Positions 39,371 through 51,539 of a stretch of 64,000 nt of DNA are shown one piece after another. Each line of letters opens with the position of its first letter. Within the stretch, counting starts at the first letter, position 1. The translations under genes and the position numbers were made by a program. Origin of the DNA: Octopus vulgaris. Its lineage: Eukaryota. The DNA is taken from assembly GCA_951406725.2 (NCBI GenBank), contig OX597819.1:35402001-35466000 (forward strand), read 5' to 3'. Under the pieces are notes generated by a model. It did no database searches. It saw nothing but the letters and a program-made list of their open reading frames with translations, and was not told the DNA's origin.

Positions 39371-39590
39371 GTATACACACACATACATGTGCACATGTAT
39401 ACATGTGTGTGTGTGTATACAAATATAAATACACACACATATGATGGGCTTCTTTCAGTTTCTGGCTACCAAATCCACTTACAAGTCTTTGGTTGATCTG
39501 AGGCTATAGTAGAAGACACTCTCCCAAGGTATCACACATTGAACCCAGAACCATGATGTTGGGAAACAAACCTCTTATCACGCAGCCACA
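39130..39590 (-). mobile_element. compound (CA/TA)n microsatellite plus 5' half of SINE A
   Basis: Read directly; homology to family A at 39442-39590. Confidence 0.75.
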
Positions 39591-39627
39591 TCATAGATAT
39601 TTTTTTGTTATTAGTTCCATTCTGGTT

Positions 39628-39850
39628 TAATCCATTAGCATTTAGTCTGGCTATATGCCTGTCCAAATTTTCTACTTGATTTATGTTCAAATTGGCCAGA
39701 TCTGGTCTCTCACTCCTACCCTACAATATCATTCTAAAAATAAGGAATCACACCATTGAAATCCCATAACTACAAGATAAAGCAGGATTATTTCAATGTG
39801 AATAAATAAACATTATGTTTGACAGCATGATCTAAATGCTAAAGGGTTAA
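39628..39850. mobile_element. MITE family C
   Basis: Ends AATGCTAAAGGGTTAA. Confidence 0.7.
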
Positions 39851-41126
39851 TGATATTGGTGTTTTCAAATACATGAATCATAAGTTGGATATATTAAAGC
39901 CAACAGGGATGACTCAATACCTACACTATAAGCAATGTTCATTTTTACGGTTGTATATTGACTTTACCATTTATTATTATTTTCAAGCGAGATAAAAACC
40001 ATTGGAGATAAGACAGAATTCACTTGGTTTAAATGATTTAAAGAAAGGAAATAAATATTTCAATAAAACCTTGAGAACAAGGTGGGGCAGGTACAATCAG
40101 CTCTGCTATTTGGAGTTAAGGTAAATGAAATTTTATATGAACAGCAGAGAGAGAGAGAGAGAGTTAACATCTCTTTTGACCATATTTAGATGCGTTGGTG
40201 TTGGTCACTCTAGGTTAATACCATTCAGAAGTTTCCTCTTTGGTCCCTATGCTAATATCTTGTCTAATTCTTAAGGTGGTTAGCTGCAGAACCATTAGCA
40301 TGCCAGGTAAATACTTAGTGGCATTTGGTCTGCCCTTCATTTTGAGTTCAAATTTCACTGAGGCCATGTTTGCCTTTCTTCCTTTTGGGGTTGATAAAAT
40401 AAGTACCAGTTGAACACTGGGGTTGATGTAATTGACTTACCCTGCCTTCGAAATTGCTGGCCTTGTGCCAAAATCTGAAACCAATATCTTGTCTAACCTT
40501 ATTGTATACTCATTTGGTTTTATTTCATAAAATTAAAGAATATTTAAAGCTTAGTTTTATTAATATTTGAGCAATCTCTACATCAAACCAACTCTGTTGA
40601 GGGCTATGAGTGACTTCATTTTTTATGAGTCTTTCTACAGTTTGAATATTACAGAATTAATCTGCCTAGCATCCTGTTGAAATGAACTTGAACTTAGAAT
40701 CTTAATTGTACAAAACAACTGCGTACTATTATTATTCTGCTATAAGCTAAGTTTTATTTGATTTTTAGACTTCTCTTAATGCTTGTATGTCTTGCTTAGG
40801 CACCCTGTAAATTTATTCTTTGTTTTGTTTATTAGTTTGTTTGTTATATCCATGCTAGCATGGCTTGGATGATAATTGATTTTGATGTTGGATTTAATAG
40901 CCAGTTAACTTTTCCTGTCATAAAACCTCAGCGGTTTTTCAGATGAAAAATCTTTGTATTCCCCAAGTGTCTGAAAGCACAAGGCAACTAATTGGTCATA
41001 ATGTCAACAATGAATGTCTACACCAGCACCGCTTCACACAAATGGTGACAAGTGAAATATCAACTTTCACACACACACACACAACAAGCTTAATACAGTT
41101 TCCGTCTACCCAATTCACTCACAAAG

Positions 41127-41975
41127 TGTTTGTGGGTGATTAATGGGTTCGATGGGTGCTCATGAAGGAGCAGAAACTCTTGAAATATGGCATGTATGCT
41201 CTTTACCCATTTTTCATCTTTGATCTCATTGTTGTTTACATCAGGTAAAATTGAAATCGATCAACATCAATGGAAATTGTAGTTGTGATACCAGTGCTGG
41301 TGGCACGTAAGAGAACCATCCGAACGTGGCTGTTGCCAACGCCGCCCCGACTGGCCTCCGTGCTGGTGGCACGTAAAAAGCACCATCCGATAGTGGTCGT
41401 TGCCAGCCTCATCTGGCACCTGTGCTGGTAGCACACAAAAAGCACGCACTACACTCACGGAGTGGTTGGCATTAGGAAGGGCATCCAGCTGTAGAAACAC
41501 TGCCAGATCAGACTGGAGCCTGGTGCAGCCTCCTGGCTTCCCAGACCCCAGTTGAAACGCCTAACCCATGCTAGCACGGAAAGCGGACGTTAAACGATGA
41601 CAACGATGGATGATGATGATGATGATCAGGTGTCTTGGATATGGAACATTGTTACAAAATCAGTGCAGGCTATAATTTCTATAGAAAATTTGCAGAGATG
41701 TACCAGCTTCCAGGAATGTGTTAAATATGTAAAACTGATATATCCAATAACGTTACACTTCTATATTTAGTGGCTATTTAAGCAATGTGTTTGTGGGTGA
41801 TTAATGGGTTGGATGGATGCTGATGAAGGAATGGAAACTGCTGAAACATGACATATATGCCCATTACCCACTTTTCATTTTTGATCTTGTTGTTTACATC
41901 TGACTTCTCAGATATGAAACATTGTAACAAAACCAGTTCTGGCTATAATTTTTATAGAAAATCTGTTGAGATAAT
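41127..41975 (+). mobile_element. tandem ~276-bp unit (1.7 copies) with decayed hammerhead motifs; retrozyme- or Penelope-like
   Basis: TGTTTGTGGGTGATTAATGGGTT at 41127 and 41788; cores CTCATGA(41159)...GAAA(41182) and CTGATGA(41820)...GAAA(41843). Confidence 0.6.
41247..41624 (+). mobile_element. SINE-like family B with TSD
   Basis: TSD ATCAGGT at 41240-41246 and 41625-41631. Confidence 0.85.
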
Positions 41976-41976
41976 C

Positions 41977-42199
41977 TTAACCCTTTCGTTACCAACCTGG
42001 TTGAAACCGCCTCTGGCTCTGCAGTACAAATGTCTTGTTTTCATAAGTTTTGAATTAAAATCTTCCACCAAACCTTAGTCACAATTTATGTTCCTATCAC
42101 TAGTTTAATGACAACTAAGTTATTTTACTAAATTCTTTGTTATATCTAAAATAACTCAGAGAAAAACAGAACATCTCAAAATAAATTCAGTAACGAAAG
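41977..42199. mobile_element. MITE family D (right end clipped)
   Basis: Reverse homolog of 8855-9082. Confidence 0.8.
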
Positions 42200-43509
42200 T
42201 CACAAAGCATTGATCAACCTGGGGTGAAAAAATAAGACACCCAAAGTGCTGTGCAGTGGGACTGAACCTGAAACACTTGAGTTGCAAAGTGAACTTCTCA
42301 ACCACACAACCATGCTTATGCCAAATAACCTCTGCATCAAACCAGCTCTATTGGAGGGTGGGGTGGGGTGGTGGTGCATGATTGACTTAATTTTTACGAG
42401 GCAAGCAGGCTGACAGTTTGAGTATTACAAAATTAATCTACCTGCCATCCTGTTGAAATGCTGTTAAACTCAGTATCTTAAATATACAAAACAACCGTGT
42501 AGTATTATTATTAGTCTGTTATAAGCTAATTTTTATTTATGTTATTAGACTTCCTTTACTACTTGTAGTCTTGTCTACGCACCTTATAAAATTTTTCCTT
42601 TGTTTATTTTCTTAAACTCTCCATCCTGAAAGTTATCATTCTTCAAGCTTCTCTTCTTCCATTTTTCTTTTATCCACTGACCATGAAAAGCAGTTCTGAA
42701 CAGTTATTGATTCTGTTAGTCTGCTTGTTGGATTACTGAAGCTGTTCTCTTAGATGGAGGAGAGTGTGTGTATCCGCAAACAAATGGCAGATTTCCATTG
42801 AAAGTCAATAACCTTAGCCAATATCATTGATTTCTCTGACATACAACATAAAATATATCTCCCATTGAATCTTGTCAGATTGCTACTATAGTCGAAGTAA
42901 CTTTTCTAGTTTTATCTTTGTCTAATGTTATATAATAACATCAAGTTATTGATTTATTATTATTTTTTTTCCTTAATTCTAGTGTTTGGTTTGTTGCTGA
43001 TAAATAGCTCATCATTTGTATGAACAAAAAAAAAAAAGAAAGCAAAAACATCTGCTTTTTCTTTGTCTGTTGAGTTGGTCTGACTAATTCCTCAAACAAT
43101 TGATTTTATTACACTCAGTAGATGTCGGTTTAAGTACACTTTGATAATGTAATAGTCACAAAATGATGTAATGTCAAGTTTTTAATTTAAAGTATTTCGT
43201 ATTTAAAATTTGATATTTCCTGTGAAATTCATTGTCATTAGGATCGTTTATTGTTGCTATTACATCTACCACCATGATGACCACCTCCATCAACATCATA
43301 GACATGGGTTAACATCTCCGTTTTGTTCATGTGCAGGCTGATTCAGATGTCTTTCAGCATTAAATGATGTACAAAATTTCAATTTTCTTGTATTACAATT
43401 TTGTTTTTGTATATATTTTTAATTGCATCTTTGCTATTTTGTTATACACACAAAAGATGTTATTAAGACAATGAATATGTATTTATATATAAAAGATGTT
43501 AAGACAATA

Positions 43510-43688
43510 TATATATACCGGAGTAAACACATAAATGTGAAACAAAGTGGAAAAAAAGAGTACTCAAATACCAGGGGTAGAGTAATATGCTTTATTTAAA
43601 AGCAGCAGAAATTCAACAAAACCTGTTACTCGGAGTAACAGGTTCTGTTACTCTGAGTAACAGGTTTTGTTGAATTTGTGCTGCTTTA
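43510..43688. mobile_element. Penelope-like fragment ending in a ~90-bp compound palindrome (43598-43688)
   Basis: AAAGCAGCAGAAATTCAACAAAACCTGTTACTC ... GAGTAACAGGTTTTGTTGAATTTGTGCTGCTTT; the palindrome is seen, the Penelope assignment is inferred. Confidence 0.5.
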
Positions 43689-44085
43689 CTCTTTACTCTT
43701 TTACTTGTTTCAGTCATTTGACTGTGGTCATGCTGAAGCGCTGCCTTTAGTTGAGCAAATCCACCCTAGGACTTATTCTTTGTAAGCCTAGTACTTATTC
43801 TATCAGTCTCTTTTACTGAACTGCTCAGTTACGGGGATGTAAACACACCAGCATCGGTTGCCAAGCGATGTTGGGGGGACAAACACAGACACACAAACAC
43901 ACACACACATATAATATATACATATATACAATGGGCTTCTTTCAGTTTCTGTCTACCAAATCCACCCACAAGGCATTGGTCGGCCCGAGGCTATAGTAGA
44001 AGACACTTGCCCAAAGTGCCACGCAGTGGGATTGAACCTGGAACCATGTGGTTGGTAAGCAAGCTACTTACCACACAGCCACTCC
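43686..44085 (-). mobile_element. full-length SINE family A
   Basis: Reverse-complement homology to family A. Confidence 0.9.
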
Positions 44086-44112
44086 TATATATATATATAT
44101 ATATATATATGC

Positions 44113-44163
<51 letters not shown>

Positions 44164-44220
44164 TAAGAATCCATAAATCAGAAAAAATATGCACGTGTAT
44201 ATTTGTCAATGCAGTGGGAT

Positions 44221-44347
44221 TATTAATCTAAGTGTACAGTATTATATATCCATTACAGCCAACCTTGCCAATCGGTTTCATACAGTGCAAAACTGATTGG
44301 TAAGATTCGCCATAATAGATATATAATACTGTACACTTCAATTAATA
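44221..44347. repeat. ~127-bp imperfect palindrome (foldback MITE-like)
   Basis: AAGTGTACAGTATTATATATC / GATATATAATACTGTACACTT outer arms; CTTGCCAATCGGTTT / AAACTGATTGGTAAG inner arms. Confidence 0.8.
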
Positions 44348-44619
44348 CACACACACACACACACATATTCACCTAATGGTTGTCATTTGGGATCAAGGAT
44401 GACTTGGGATCAAGGATGCACTATGCTTTCAATAATTGTTTGAGTCCTGTGTAGTCACAAATAGACACAGATACCTTCTTAGCACCCTTACCCTTGATCT
44501 AGCAAAGCATTCAAGTTATGACAGCTACATAGAATGCACTGCCTGGTTTGAGAATTGAACCTTTGGACTTGTGATTACATACCAAAGGGGCTTTTGAATA
44601 ACTCTGTACAACGTCGCTT

Positions 44620-44882
44620 CACTGGCACCTGTGCCAGTGGCACGTGTAAAAAGATTCGAGCGAGGTCATTGCCAGTACCGCCTGACTGGCCCCCGCGCCG
44701 GTGGCACGTAAAAAGCGCCCACTACACTCTCAGAGTGGTTGGCGTTAGGAAGGGCATCCAGCTGTAGAAACTCTGCCAGATCAAGATTGGAGCCTGGTGC
44801 AGCCATCTAGTTCGCCAGCCCTCAGTCAAAATCGTCCAACCCATGCTAGCATGGAAAGCGGATATTAAACGATGATGATGAT
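44620..44882 (+). mobile_element. SINE-like family B variant
   Basis: Family B core and (GAT)n tail. Confidence 0.8.
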
Positions 44883-45455
44883 TAATTCTGTTTTTTCTGT
44901 GGTCATCTTCCTATTCCTTTTCTGTCACACGTGCATTCTTACACTAATCCATAGCACATACCTCTTCGCCCTGTTTGTGTCATCCATTCATTTACATGCC
45001 CATACTTGCATGGCCATCTCTCCTGCAGTAGTTATTGTTATTGCCACTGTACCAGTAGAAGTTGTTCTTTGTTGCCTTTCAAGTTAAAGAGGCAGAATGG
45101 TTCTAACAGAGAGAGAGAGAGAGAGAGAGAGAAACAGACCGACACACACACACCCACACACACATGCAAACACACATGCATGTGCACACTTTCTCTCTTT
45201 CTTATATATTAATGTTTTAATCTAATCTTACTCTAGGAGGGGATTCCTCTTTTCTTTACTATAAGGTATGTTTTCATAACCACCTACTTTGCCTGTCCAT
45301 GATTTATTATTTATAAATTGTCTGCTGTTTATTATGAGGGAAAATTGAGTTGTCTGTTGTTTCATTCATATGAACAACAGTGTCAGCTCATTGATTATAG
45401 GGTTTCCAATCACCAATCCTTGGGTCACTGTATTTCTGACTACAAAAGTGACATG

Positions 45456-45857
45456 GGATCTTTTTGGTTTGAATGGCAGTTTTTAACATAATTTCTTGGT
45501 AACTAAAAAATTTTAAACTTCATATACTGGTAGAATGTGTTTATAAAACATCTTTTTCTCTTGGTTTTATTGAGAAAATTCTATAGTTTGTAAGATATTT
45601 GTTGTTGTTTTTCTTCAATTTCTGCAATTTCAACGATTCAATGACGTACATTAAGGTAAAAAAAACATTCTATGCCGTATGAATATGTCCCTCGTTTAAG
45701 AAACAGATTGGGTTTATTTACATTTGTGAAGAAAAAAAGATACCCTTCCCCCCAACCCTAACCCTAAAACAGATTGAAATGCAATAGGGTCATAATTATG
45801 GGTGACAATTTCATATGACCCCGCTAGAAAAAACTGCCATTCAAACCGAAAAGATCC
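45456..45857. mobile_element. family E TIR element (opposite orientation to 32767)
   Basis: GGATC...GATCC ends; TSD GTGACATG/GTGACAAG (7/8). Confidence 0.85.
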
Positions 45858-46252
45858 GTGACAAGAGAATGTACATAATTTGGTGCAAAGGATTTTGTTT
45901 AAGAGCACTAGTTATTTGCAGAATTTTCTTTTCTTTTCTACCATTTGCCTATGTCAGTGAAAGATACACAAACATGCACACACTGAGACAAACACATATA
46001 CGCTCAAAGATACAAACACACATACTCATACAGACATACACGCAGACAGATATAAACACATACAAACACACACACATGCACACACACAATCTCTACCAAA
46101 TTACACTCACACGGCATTGATCAACTCAAGGCAATAGCAGAGGGTACTTTTGTCAAAGGTTCTGTATAGTGAAATTGAACCAGAAACTGTTTGATTGCAA
46201 AGCAAAACTTCTTAACTATACAATCATTTTATTTTGAAACAATACCATAGAT

Positions 46253-46488
46253 CTGTGGTTCTCAACCATATTTTTTTTATCTATGGACCCTTTTGATTCT
46301 TATTTTACACTGGTGGACCCTCATAGCCATTTGATATTCAAACAGACCTATTATTTTATAATTAAATATTATTAGGGATTATATTTAAAAAAATCAAAAT
46401 ATTTGGTGTATTGTAAGAAGTATAAGCAATTTATTGCTCCTAAATTTCAACACGACAATCTTTGATGGACCCTGATTGAAAACCATTG
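46253..46488. mobile_element. hAT-type MITE (family G)
   Basis: Homologous to 37-296; degenerate 8-bp TSD CCATAGAT/CTGTAGAT. Confidence 0.7.
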
Positions 46489-46577
46489 CTGTAGATGAAT
46501 TTTGTCGATAGAAAATAAAATATTTTGTTTGAGAGCTATATGTCAGATATATTCAATTCTAAAATTTTTTTATATAG

Positions 46578-47146
46578 GCACAGGCATGCCTGTGTGGTAA
46601 GAAGTTCAGTCCCACTGCGTGACATCTTGGGCAAGAGTCTTCTACTATAGCTTCGGGCTGACCAAAGCCTTGTGAGTGGATTTGGTAGATGGAAACTGAA
46701 AGAAGCCTGTTGTGTATGTGTATATATATATATTTGTATGTGTATGTGTGTTTGTCCCCCTTGACAACTGATGCTGGTGTGTTTATATCCCCCTGTAACT
46801 TAGCAGTTCGGCAAAATAGAATATAAGGAATAAGTTCTAGGGCTGATTTGTTTGACTAAAACTCTTTAACCTTTTTGATACCAACCCGCCTGAAACCGCC
46901 TCTGGCTCTGTAGTACAAATGTCTTGTTTTCAAAAGTTCTGAATTAAAATCTTCCACCAAACCTTAGTCACAATTTACGTTCTTAACACTAGCTTAAAGA
47001 TAAACTAAATTATTTTACTAATTTTTTGTTATATTTAAAATTAATTGAAAGAAACACAGAATATCTCAACAGAAATATGGTAACAAAAGGGTTAAGGCAG
47101 TACTCCAGCATTGCCACAGTCAAATGACTGAAACAAGTAAAAGAAT
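46578..47146 (+). mobile_element. SINE A interrupted by MITE D (46866-47095) at a TTAA site
   Basis: SINE sequence resumes after GGGTTAA. Confidence 0.85.
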
Positions 47147-47874
47147 GAAAAAAAAAAAAGAATATATGCCATGGAAACAGTTAGTAATTCTTGAAAAAAC
47201 CATATTGTTGGTGACATTTCCATGAACTGTTGCAACTGCAATTCATTGGAGCCACCAAGAAGCTTCTGTTATCATTACAAGTGTAAACGAGGTGACAGCC
47301 AAGCTGTTTTGGTGAACAAAAGTTGAAGGACTATGTATGCCTGTATACTTAAAAATAACAATCGGTCTTTTTTTTTTTTTCTTGAAATATCATTAACTGT
47401 AAAGAAATAAAGGTCATATAAATTTTTTTTGTGTAAATTGTTTCCGTGAAATTGTTTCCAAATGTTATCCATTTAGAATTCTTTAAAGATTCGTTTGTAT
47501 TTTTTGGCATCATCTGTTATAGAGATTGCAACATTGTCTTTCCGTTAGTTGTTTTCATTGTTATTTTATTTGAAATACTTTTGGCACCAGCAGGGATATA
47601 ACAGAATGAAGTTTCCAATTACAAATAGGATATGCATACTTTTTTTCTTTTAAAGTAATATTAGCCCTCTTTTTATTCACATTTCATATAAATTCCTCTG
47701 AAAAATTTAACATTTTTTACAATGTGCTGTTGTTGACACTAAGTTTTTTTTTTTATTATTCGTTTATTAAATAACATGCATAACCATCACTTGCAAGTGA
47801 ATGTGACTTGAAAGCATGTATCATATTTTCACTAATTATTTTTGGATATCCATGTAGTTCTTTTCTGATCTGCT

Positions 47875-48078
47875 CTGGGCACAAGGCTTGAAATTTTTTG
47901 GGAGGGAGTCAGTCGATTAGATTGACCCCAGTACACAATTGGTACTTAATTTATTGACCCCAAAAAGATGAAAGGCAAAGTCGACCTCGGTGGAATTTGA
48001 ACTCAGAATGTAAAGATAGACGAAATACCACTAAGCATTTCACCTGGCGTGCTAACGTTTCTGCCAGTTTGCCGCCTT
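47875..48078 (-). mobile_element. SINE family F
   Basis: Reverse-complement homology to 26089-26330. Confidence 0.75.
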
Positions 48079-49094
48079 TGGATGTCCATGCAATAATATG
48101 CAAACATGGCCACCTTCTTTGTCCTCCCACCCTCGACCCAGCAGTACATCTAGTATGTGACAGATGGAGGGAGAGACAGTTGTACTAGCACTGGGCTGGT
48201 ATTCATTTTCAGCTGAGTAAACTGGGGCAATGTGAAATAAAGTCCCTTACTCAAGGAGACTACATAAAACCCAGTTCAGGAATCAAACTCATAACATTAC
48301 AGTCATCATCCAGAAGTTTCTATGCAGTTGCTTAATCAGTGAGATGTAGTAGCCAAATCCTACTCAGTTCACTCTCTGACATTAAAAAGGGAAGGACATA
48401 TTGTTAATATAAGGCTAGATAAACAAAAAGATGTGATGTTTATGGCTGGATTGCCTCTGATAAAAGATCTGCACAACCAAAGTTTATCTAGGGCTAAACA
48501 ACACTAGCACTACCAGAACACTACTATAATACCATTGTTAGTTCACTTTTGTTGTCATGTGATCAACACAAAGATAGAGCCTACCTTAATAGTTGTTATG
48601 TCAATTGCTTTCCTAGTCCTTAATTCATTTGTAAATTGCCAAAACCCTTCTTATATACTAACAAAGGAAAAATCAAACTGAAGCCTCCACCATGTTTTCT
48701 GTCAATGTAGAAAAACTGATGCCAAACAAATGAATGAATGAATAATGCAAGTAGTTTAATAGAAAGCATCACTATTGGTGAGTTGCATTGTAGGGGAATA
48801 AAATATATTATTGATTTTTAAGTACAAAAAGTGGGGGTTGCATTATGTTAGACTACATTGTATTGAAATAATACAATATATATTGAACCAGGTGCAATAC
48901 ATAAACCTTTGAATTTATCAACAATGTTAGAGAACAAATTGCATAAAATTTTTGTTGGTTGTAACACTGAGTGTCATGCAACCAAACACTAATATTCAGG
49001 AGGCTGAATTGAATTCTCAAATTGCTGGTGCTTTGATCTTCAAAGGGGCGAGGTTGGTTAAAAAACCCCCAAAAACTTACTACCATCAATTTGG

Positions 49095-49565
49095 TTTCCA
49101 TATCCATCCTCACCTATGGTCATGAATGCTGGGTAATAACTGAGTGTGATGGCAAATACAAGCAACCGAAATGGGGGTTCTTTAAAGGATCTCCAAAGCA
49201 GTAACTTTATTCAATACAGTGCACGGCTTGGAGATCAGAGAATCTCTCCATGTTGAGGCGTTACCCCCCACATTGAGAAGTCACAGCTTTGGAACAATTG
49301 ACATGTGGTTAGAATGCCATAAGAAAGCATCATATGATAGATTCTCCAACCCAACCCTGCTGGCAGACCTAGGAGTAGACCAAGAATGAGCTGGTTGGAT
49401 AATGTCCATAGTTCCAGTTGGTCATGCTTGGGAATCCAGTAGGAAAGTGTAAGACAGTTGCTTCTGATATGATCCTATGGAGGAGGTGCCTGAAGACTCT
49501 ACTCTCATGTTTTGTCCCAGAAACAGTGGGCAACGAAGATGGATAGATGGATGGGGTTGATGATG
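49095..49565 (+). mobile_element. highly decayed RTE-like LINE 3' fragment
   Basis: ILTYGHECWVITE, IQATEMG and RPRMSWLDNV-like remnants; (GATG)n-like tail. Confidence 0.6.
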
Positions 49566-51238
49566 ATTATGGTAGAAGGGACAGTGTCCATGGCTTTCAC
49601 ATGCTCTCTTAGACTGGTGACATTAATGCCAATAATGTTCCTCTTGAATCTTTGTAAATCAACACCTGTAAGAAAGGTATGAGCATGGAGGGACTTCCTG
49701 AAGAATTTGGGGGTTGATTTTGATGTATGACATCTTAAGCAAGTGACTTGTTGACCAAAGTCTTGTTATATTTCGGAAATGGAAACTATGTAGAAGCCGA
49801 ATGGAGAAACTGTTCCTGTTCTTGGGTGGTAAATTCAATGTCAATTGGTTTAACACCATCACCTGACAATTGGATATCATTAGCACTGTCCACCCTGTTG
49901 TAAACATTTAAGTGATCTGGTCTCAAGATAAGTTCCTCTTTTCCACCTGCAGATTTTGATCAGAGATATTACCCTTCCTCCTCTAACTCTTTATACACAT
50001 CCATTATCTTATACAGATGTGTGATTTATCTCTTGGTTTAAAATATAAATAACGATGACTTAATTGGGATGAAGGAGAAGATCAGCTTTCACTAAAATTA
50101 CAATACCTGAGTTACCAATAACACATGTGGCTTTTTTCTTATATACAAAAATTATACAATTTCTCCAATTGATTGGTTAAAGAGACTAACTGTAAGCAAT
50201 TATTCATATCTACATATGTTTGTGTGTAAGCATACCTGCAGCAAAGTATTCCATTCTGAATGAACCCTGATCAAAACCTTAGTACCCCATGCAACAAGAT
50301 GTTTCCTATCACCCATCTATTTAATATAAACTCTTGCTAGTTGCTGTGAGACTTTTTTTGTCCTTGTCATTTTACATTATGTTCAGACAATGAGCCAAAT
50401 AAAGGATTCTCTTCATAGTTGCTCAACCTACAAGAAATAACAGCCAGAACTCCCTTAGATTGCAGCTTACCTTTTTAAAGAAAGGAATTATACAGTATAT
50501 AATCTATGTAGTACTATTTTACTGAAAGAGGGTGGTCATGTGTGGACTGCCTTTGCATAGACTTACTTGATTCAAGACAGATCTGAAGTTAAATAGCAAT
50601 TAGGTACTTGTAATGAAATGTTTGACAATCTGCCGTTCCTATCATTGAACTGTTTGCTACTTTGCATTATATATTTGATACTTACTAACCTTAAACACTT
50701 GTAGTATGGCTTGAACCCCATATATAATCTTCATCAGGCTATCTTCTTTCTCTTTTTTGTATCAACATACCCACAGTCTCTTTCTCTCCCTCTTTCTCTT
50801 GTGCATATTCTGTGTTACACACATTTACTTGTGTTTAAGGATATTCTGTATCTTCACATTTTCATGTTTCTTTGTCATTCACAGGCACACATACATACTA
50901 ACTCCGTATTTTCTAAGCAAATGGGGTGGAGTTTTTGTAATAAAAATAGGTTTTTGCTTTAGTTTTATTTCTGCCTTTTTTATTAATCTCTCTCTCTCTC
51001 TCTCTCACACACATACGCACCCACATGCACACACATACACATACGCACACGTACACTCACAGATGTATATAAATTTTTCACTTGACCACTTCAAGTAGAC
51101 TTCCTATCTAGCAACAAGTTTTCATGAATGGAAAGTGTGTGAAACTGAGAAGGATCTGTAGTGAATGGGAAATAGTATCCCGCTTCCAATTTATTATTGA
51201 TGTTTATTTTTCCTCAGCTAGTGTGTCTTTAGGACCCG

Positions 51239-51274
<36 letters not shown>

Positions 51275-51500
51275 ATGCATGCATGCATGTGTGTGTGTGA
51301 GAGAGTAAATCAATACTATTATTTATATTTTTGGATTCCCCTCTTTGCCCACAAAGTTTAATGGGAAACTTGGGTATTCAAAATGAACATACAATCACCA
51401 CACCCTGCTCCCTCACCTTTTCTGTTCTAGAACCAAAGGCTAATTGTAGTGAGTCAGCTTCCAAAATAGAATCAACCTAGTTATTTTATTTATATTTTTT

Positions 51501-51539
<39 letters not shown>

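Larger units (their letters stand above)
40581..42610 (+). repeat. old ~250-bp direct repeat (40581-40830 and 42335-42610)
   Basis: Colinear shared blocks CATCAAACCA, ACAGTTTGA.TATTACA, CATCCTGTTGAAATG, ACAAAACAAC, TATAAGCTAA. Confidence 0.75.
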
